Shown: positions 58,855 through 64,000 of the stretch, piece after piece
Numbering within the stretch: the stretch's first letter is position 1
Layout of the letters: every line of letters starts with the position of its first letter
Source: Vicugna vicugna
Taxonomy: Eukaryota
DNA: 64,000 nucleotides
Direction: 5' to 3'
NCBI GenBank assembly: GCA_013265495.1
Contig: MU060970.1
Coordinates: 10,369,063-10,433,062, forward strand
The notes under the pieces: generated by a model
Told to the model about the DNA's origin: nothing
The model's database searches: none
Seen by the model: only the letters and a program-made list of their open reading frames with translations
Program-made: the position numbers and the translations under genes

Positions 58855-59783
58855 CTGGGTAGAGAGACAGATGAGCTGCATGGGCTCTGCCCTGGAGAAT
58901 GATGCTCATGGGATCATGGGGGTCCAGACCCCCTAGAATGCTGACCCTGCCCAGAGGTCTTGGGAGCTTGGCCAAAGCCCACAATGGCAAGGAGGCTCTG
59001 CCTCATGCTGCCCTAGCCTGACAGGATTTGACAGAGGAGGCAGAAGCTCACCCTGTGTCCTCCTTATGGGAAGCCTGGAGGTCCCCTAAGAACCTAATAC
59101 CCAGAGGTATCAATGGATTCAATATTTCAGAGGAATCTGGGGCATTACAAAGAGAGGAACCTAAATTAAATTTTCTGTGGGGAGTTGAAACAAGTATTTT
59201 ATGGACATCTCTGGGCTGGTCCAGCACCCATTTCCCCATCTTGTGGTAACAGCACTCTGATTTTCCATTGGGGAACCACCCTCCTCCACTCTCGGCTTTG
59301 CATAAGGGTAAAGGGTGAAGGGAGCCAGCAGATCAGCATATTTTAGTTTCTGGCCCTAGTGACTCATTCTAGTTGGCCCAATGAGGCTTACTCTGGGGAG
59401 CTGTCCTATGTCCAAGGCCATAGTGATTGGTTCATGGGTGGGCATATGATACACGTTGGGCCAGTGGTACTCAATCGCTGGGGAGCTCGCTGCTGGGGGC
59501 TGCCCTGGTCCCTAAGGTTCCCTCCATCAGGGCGATACCCCACCATGGGACACCAGGAACTTCAGAAGCATAGCAATCAAATGCAGCATCCCTTACTTAA
59601 AATACATCCAACTTGGTGACATGCCTGGAGAATGTACCTGTTTCCTCCCTCTGCCCCTGACATGGGTATAGCACCTGGGGCTTCCTTGGCGCCCCACCTC
59701 CCAGACCCTTGGCAGCCTAGAGCAGCTCTGCTATCCCAGGGGCAGGAAGGCTGGCTCCTGCTGTCCTAGGGCAGCCCACTCAC

Positions 59784-59844
59784 CGTGAAGGATGCGGTAC
59801 CACACACGCCCAAACTCGCCTTCGTCTGCATCTGTGGCTTTTAG
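59784..59844 (-). CDS. CDH23: CDH23 exon (human exon 29 equivalent), LKATDADEGEFGRVWYRILH(G), 61 nt
   Basis: cttccctcag|CTAAAAGCC...CTTCACG|gtgagt; DxD motif; not recovered by the ORF track. Confidence 0.96.
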
Positions 59845-60844
59845 CTGAGGGAAGAGACACACAGTTACTCCTAGAATTCCACCCCACAGGAAGAGAAGGT
59901 ATTTGTGGAGTCCCTTCCATTTCCTTATACCACCCCAAGTCTGTCCTGCCCAAACCCACGGTTCCCCACGAGGCAGAGGGTGTGGGAGAGGAGAGGGCTA
60001 CATCTGTCTTTCTCAACCCCCACGAGGACACCTGACTGTTGACAGCCCTGTGTTGTCCTGTCTGTGGTGGCAGCTCTGCTCCCTGCTCCTCCTCCCGGTT
60101 CTTGGGGAGAAGGGGTAGGAGCTGGATGATAGCACTGCAGCTCTCTGGTTCCAGGCTTGACTCACTCAGCCCATTCCTCCACGGTTCCCTCCTTCAGCCT
60201 TTTGAGACCCCAGGAGCATCACCTGGGGTGGCTGGATTGCGTGGTTGCTTCTTGCCCAAACTTCCTTGGTCTGAAGCCATTCTGGCCACACCGGCTCCCA
60301 GTGGGTACTGAATACTATAAGAGCCACTTTGTGGAAACTGAGAAATCCCACCCCACAAAGGATGGCTCCACATTCATTCACATGCATGATCACTCCAGTG
60401 TAGTTCCAGCTCACTCCTGCTTGCTTGGCTGTACCTCAGGCTTATGTACTGTCTCCAGTGGGACCTGGGGATGTGCTATTCTCACTCTGAGGCTGCCCAG
60501 TGATTAGCCCTTTTTACAAGGAGTCTGACCTTGAGGCTGTTGGCAGAGCCACAGTTGGTGCCAAGATGGGTCCTACCAAACCAAGAACTGATTACCTCCT
60601 CTACCTGCCGTACCCCTGCACAGTGATGCAGAGAGAGGCCCGAGCCTGCAAGGCTGGGGAGGCTCCCATGGGGCCATGGTATGTGTGACTTGCTTTGTAA
60701 TGCTCAGGACCCTCCTACTTTTTCTGGGTCTGCCCTCTTGTCCCCACCAATCACTTCCATCCTGTGGTGTAAGAGTGTCTAAGGATTCTGAACAGCATGC
60801 TGATGGTGGGAAGGAGGGAAGTATGTTGGTATGAAAGGAACAGG

Positions 60845-61045
60845 GTGTCTGGGTCAGGCAGACTCAAGCACAAATCCTGGCTTTGTTACTTACTGCCTAT
60901 GTGGCCATGGATACGTAACCCCCCTGAACCTCAGCGAATAGGCACAACAATAAGCAGCCTTGCAGGGGTTGATGTGAGGATTAGATTATCATCTCTGCAA
61001 AGCATCCTGCCTGGTGTCTGGTGCAGAGTGATGTTGAAAGTTGAA
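60845..61045 (+). mobile_element. MIR
   Basis: tctgggtcaggcagactcaagcacaaatcctggctttgttacttactgcctatgtggcc...gtgaggattagat. Confidence 0.75.
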
Positions 61046-62610
61046 CATTATGAGATATGCCACCTTTTCCTGGAAGGCCCTCTTGATTTACACTGGAGTT
61101 GAGATACCGGGATTACCCCTTGCTGTGGAGTTCTTCCTCCTCCCTCCCAGCAGACGTGTTATGGGCTGGAAGGTGGAGGGAAGTAGTGGAGCACTTCAAC
61201 ATCTGAGTGTGGAAGGGACCAGGACAGGTGAGAAGGTTGCCTGGTGGATGCTCCTGGGCATCTCCACCCATGGTGGGACTTCCCAGATGTCTCCCTCCCC
61301 TGGCAGCCTGTACCACCCTGGGAGTGCAGGGAGTTGGCCCCTGCTAACTGAGAAAAGTGGGAGCCCCAGATGAGGTGTGCAGGCAGCTTGGGAAGAGAAA
61401 GTGAAGGAAAATGAGGTTCACTGAAGGGTGGGATGTAAGATGCAGGGATCACAAGAGGAGCTCTGGGCACTGGGAACATCTTTAGGTCAATGCTGCTCAT
61501 CACACTAGATTCCTGCTGCCCATGCCTGCCCACCCTTTTTGGGGAAGGCACCTAATCCCCTATCAGTAACTTGCTGAGTGACCCTGACCAGGCCACACCT
61601 CTCTGGACCTCAGTTTCATCCTCTGAAAGACAGAGGGCTGGACTGAGATGACCCTTCAGCCATCTAATGGACTTGGACAGTCCTAGGAAGGCTCCATCCA
61701 TTTGGGGCTATGCAGAGGATGCTTCTATTGTCAGCAAAGCCTAAGGCCAGGAGGGAGGAGCTAAATACAAAAAACTAGGGCTCCAGAAAATAGCAGGTGG
61801 ACCCCAGGATCAGGTCTTGGGCAGAGAGAGCCACAACTCCCCCTACCCATGTTATTCTTCTGGGAGCCTAGGGGTCCTTGATGGGAAAGCTGTTAAAGAC
61901 TTAGGCTCCTAAGCAGGCAGCTGGTTACCAGGGAAGCTCTGGCTTCTGGGAAGAAGAAGGCTGGGGGAGGGGTGCGTATGTGTGCGTGTCCACTGCCTGG
62001 AGTGTCTCCAAGGGCCCACTCAAACGGCAAGGAGCACAGCCCTGGCTGGCTGTCAATCCTGCGCTTTTTGCTCTGTGATCTCTCTGACCTTTGAAAATGC
62101 CTCTCACCCCTGCTTCTGCAGCCAGACACCCTCAAAGGGAAGGTGCTTTTCTGGGAAGCTGAGGGAGAGGCCTGGAGGGGAGCAGGCCTGGGGGCTGCCA
62201 GGGCCCATCTCTCTGCCTGTCCCCCTCCTGCTGCGTGGCTTGTAGCCCCTCTCCCCGGTAACCTGGAGGCTGGCAGGCACTGAATAGCAACCCGCTGGCT
62301 GCTCCCGACCATACCATTCAAATGACCAACGGGGGAAGGTGAGAGCCATGGGTACAGAGGCAGCGAAACCCTCCCTCTGCGTCCCCCCAGTGTCTCCGCC
62401 CCTCCAAGAGGGCTCCAAGGGAACAGGCTGGAGTGAGGCTGTGGGAAGGCTCAGGAGCTCCCAGCTCCTCTGCACGACTTCCCTCTCCCTCTTCCCAGCC
62501 CAGTTGCCATCCCTACCCTCCCCACTGTCCCCTCCTCCAAGGAAGGGCCCAAACTTTTCCAGACAAAGTCAGGTCCAGCGGGAGAGTGAGGGGCGGAGGC
62601 CACTCTGCCT

Positions 62611-62634
62611 GGCTGGCTGGCTGGCTGGCTGGCT
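62611..62634. repeat. (GGCT)6 microsatellite
   Basis: Directly visible. Confidence 0.9.
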
Positions 62635-63699
62635 GAGGGGCACAGGGCAAGGGAGAGTCCAGAGCAGGTCTGGGTCACAGTGGTGCCCGATGCTCCTGAG
62701 GCCCCCTTTGGACAGCTAAGAAGACCTCTGCACCTAGCCGAGGACTGCTGAACGCTGGCTCCGAGGTTAGTGCTGGGGGGCTGCAGGAAAGTGGGGCTGC
62801 ACTCTTGCTGGGGTACCCTGGGGGGGGATGTGAGAGTGTGTTCAGGTCTGGGGAATCCCTATGCTTCTGCAGAGAGTGAAAACAAGGCCTAGGGAGGGAC
62901 AGTGGTTAGCCCGATGTTACACAGAAAGATGTGCTGAGGTCAGACCCCTCTGCTCACAGCAGGCCCTGCTCTATGGAGCTCTAAATGAAGAAAGAAGGTT
63001 CTAGACTGAGCTTGCAGGGATATGTCCAGAGCAGGACCTGCTCCTGTGCCCTGGGCTCCAGGGCGCAGGGAGAGGCCTTAATTACCCTCAAGATCTTTCC
63101 TAGCCTTGGTCTGCTGGAGGGCTCCTTTCCCCAGAAACAGCTGGTCCCTGCTGGCTGGTCAGAGGGGAACGAAGGTGACCTGGCAGTTGGCCTTGCTGTG
63201 CATCCCAGGGAGGGTGGCTTGATGTTTTCAAGCACTTTGGAATCTCTTGCTTCAAAGGGAAATACTCAAATGCTAATTATAGCCTCATTTTTTTTTTTTA
63301 AAGCCTTCCTCAAGGACTGGAGCCTGGACCGGCTCTGCCAGCCTGATAGGATCTCCAGATCCATATGAAGTCCTTGAAATAACATTAGGACCAATAGGAT
63401 TGGGACTTCTCCCACTTCAGACTGCCCTTTTCTTACTTTCAGCCAAATACTGCCCAGGGTAGGATAGAGGGACGGTCAGTTTTCTCCCCAGAGAGATAGT
63501 GGTGGGCACACCCATCCCTCCTCCCTGCTCAGATTCAAGGGACAACCCACGTATGGCTGGGCCAGAGCGGTCTCTAGGCCTGACGCCTGAGAGGCGGAGG
63601 CCCTGGGCAGCTAGATGGGCATCAAAGTTTCCATCTGGGAGCTGGGAGGGGTCATGATATGTCTGGAAATGCTGGAAGGAGCGTGGTGGGGACTGGGTT

Positions 63700-63828
63700 G
63701 TGGGGTGTGTGCACTGGATGTTCTCAGTCTCGGGGCACTCGGGGCACACGGGGCTCAGAGCGAGGCTGCAGGCAGAAGGAGGCTGGGCACAGAGAGCCGG
63801 GAGTTAGGTCCTGCGGCGGCTGGTGAGT
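63700..63828 (+). other. Candidate non-coding first exon and donor of a second nested antisense gene (C10orf105-like); start coordinate approximate
   Basis: Local CpG enrichment ending in ctgcggcggctg|GTGAGT at 63823; the position in the intron upstream of exon 29 matches recalled human synteny. No coding sequence is in the window. Confidence 0.4.
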
Positions 63829-64000
63829 GCCTGGGGTGAGGCTGGGGGCTCAGGAGGATGGGGGTTGGGTGGCCCCTCTACACCCCTTGCAAGAACCCAA
63901 CAGAACACACCAGTGGGTCCCCCAGTTTGGACCACCGGCGTTAGATAATTACTAGAGTCCTTGCCTGCTGCAGTTTCCTGTAATCAACAACTCATTCCTG

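Larger units (their letters stand above)
373..59844 (-). other. CDH23: Cadherin-23 gene segment (14 coding exons, human-equivalent 29-42); gene continues beyond both window ends
   Basis: All 14 exons have AG/GT boundaries with matching phases and join into a 2133-nt open frame of cadherin repeats with DRE/DYE, DxNDN and DxD calcium motifs. Exon sizes 61,149,136,389,102,3,150,129,129,228,222,120,181,134 match my recollection of human c.3370-5502. Confidence 0.98.

Overview
Mammalian genomic DNA from the CDH23/VSIR locus; nothing prokaryotic is present. The minus strand carries 14 consecutive coding exons of cadherin-23 (CDH23), equivalent to human exons 29-42 (numbering recalled from human). 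They total 2133 nt = 711 codons, cover partial EC11 to most of EC17, and include a 3-nt microexon (AAG, Lys) at 50691-50693 that is invisible in the ORF track. The complete 7-exon immune-checkpoint gene VSIR (VISTA/PD-1H, 310 aa, ATG 11627, stop 34660, poly(A) signal near 37125) lies antisense inside a 36.6-kb CDH23 intron (7081-43694). A probable non-coding first exon of a second nested antisense gene (C10orf105-like, inferred from human synteny) sits at the right edge. The rest is intron with old MIR, L2, L1, MaLR/ERVL LTR and hAT repeats; their boundaries and family names were assigned by eye. The lack of bovid, pig, horse, carnivore or primate SINEs, plus one younger L1 3' end, suggests a cetartiodactyl, possibly a camelid (inference). 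The nested architecture is established biology, not new. The best leads are: the microexon with SRRM4-type UGC motifs; a stop-free, in-frame last intron of VSIR; a palindromic two-strand poly(A) signal; and two local duplications that bracket VSIR exons 4 (TM) and 5 and meet at an AATAAA plus poly(A) junction.
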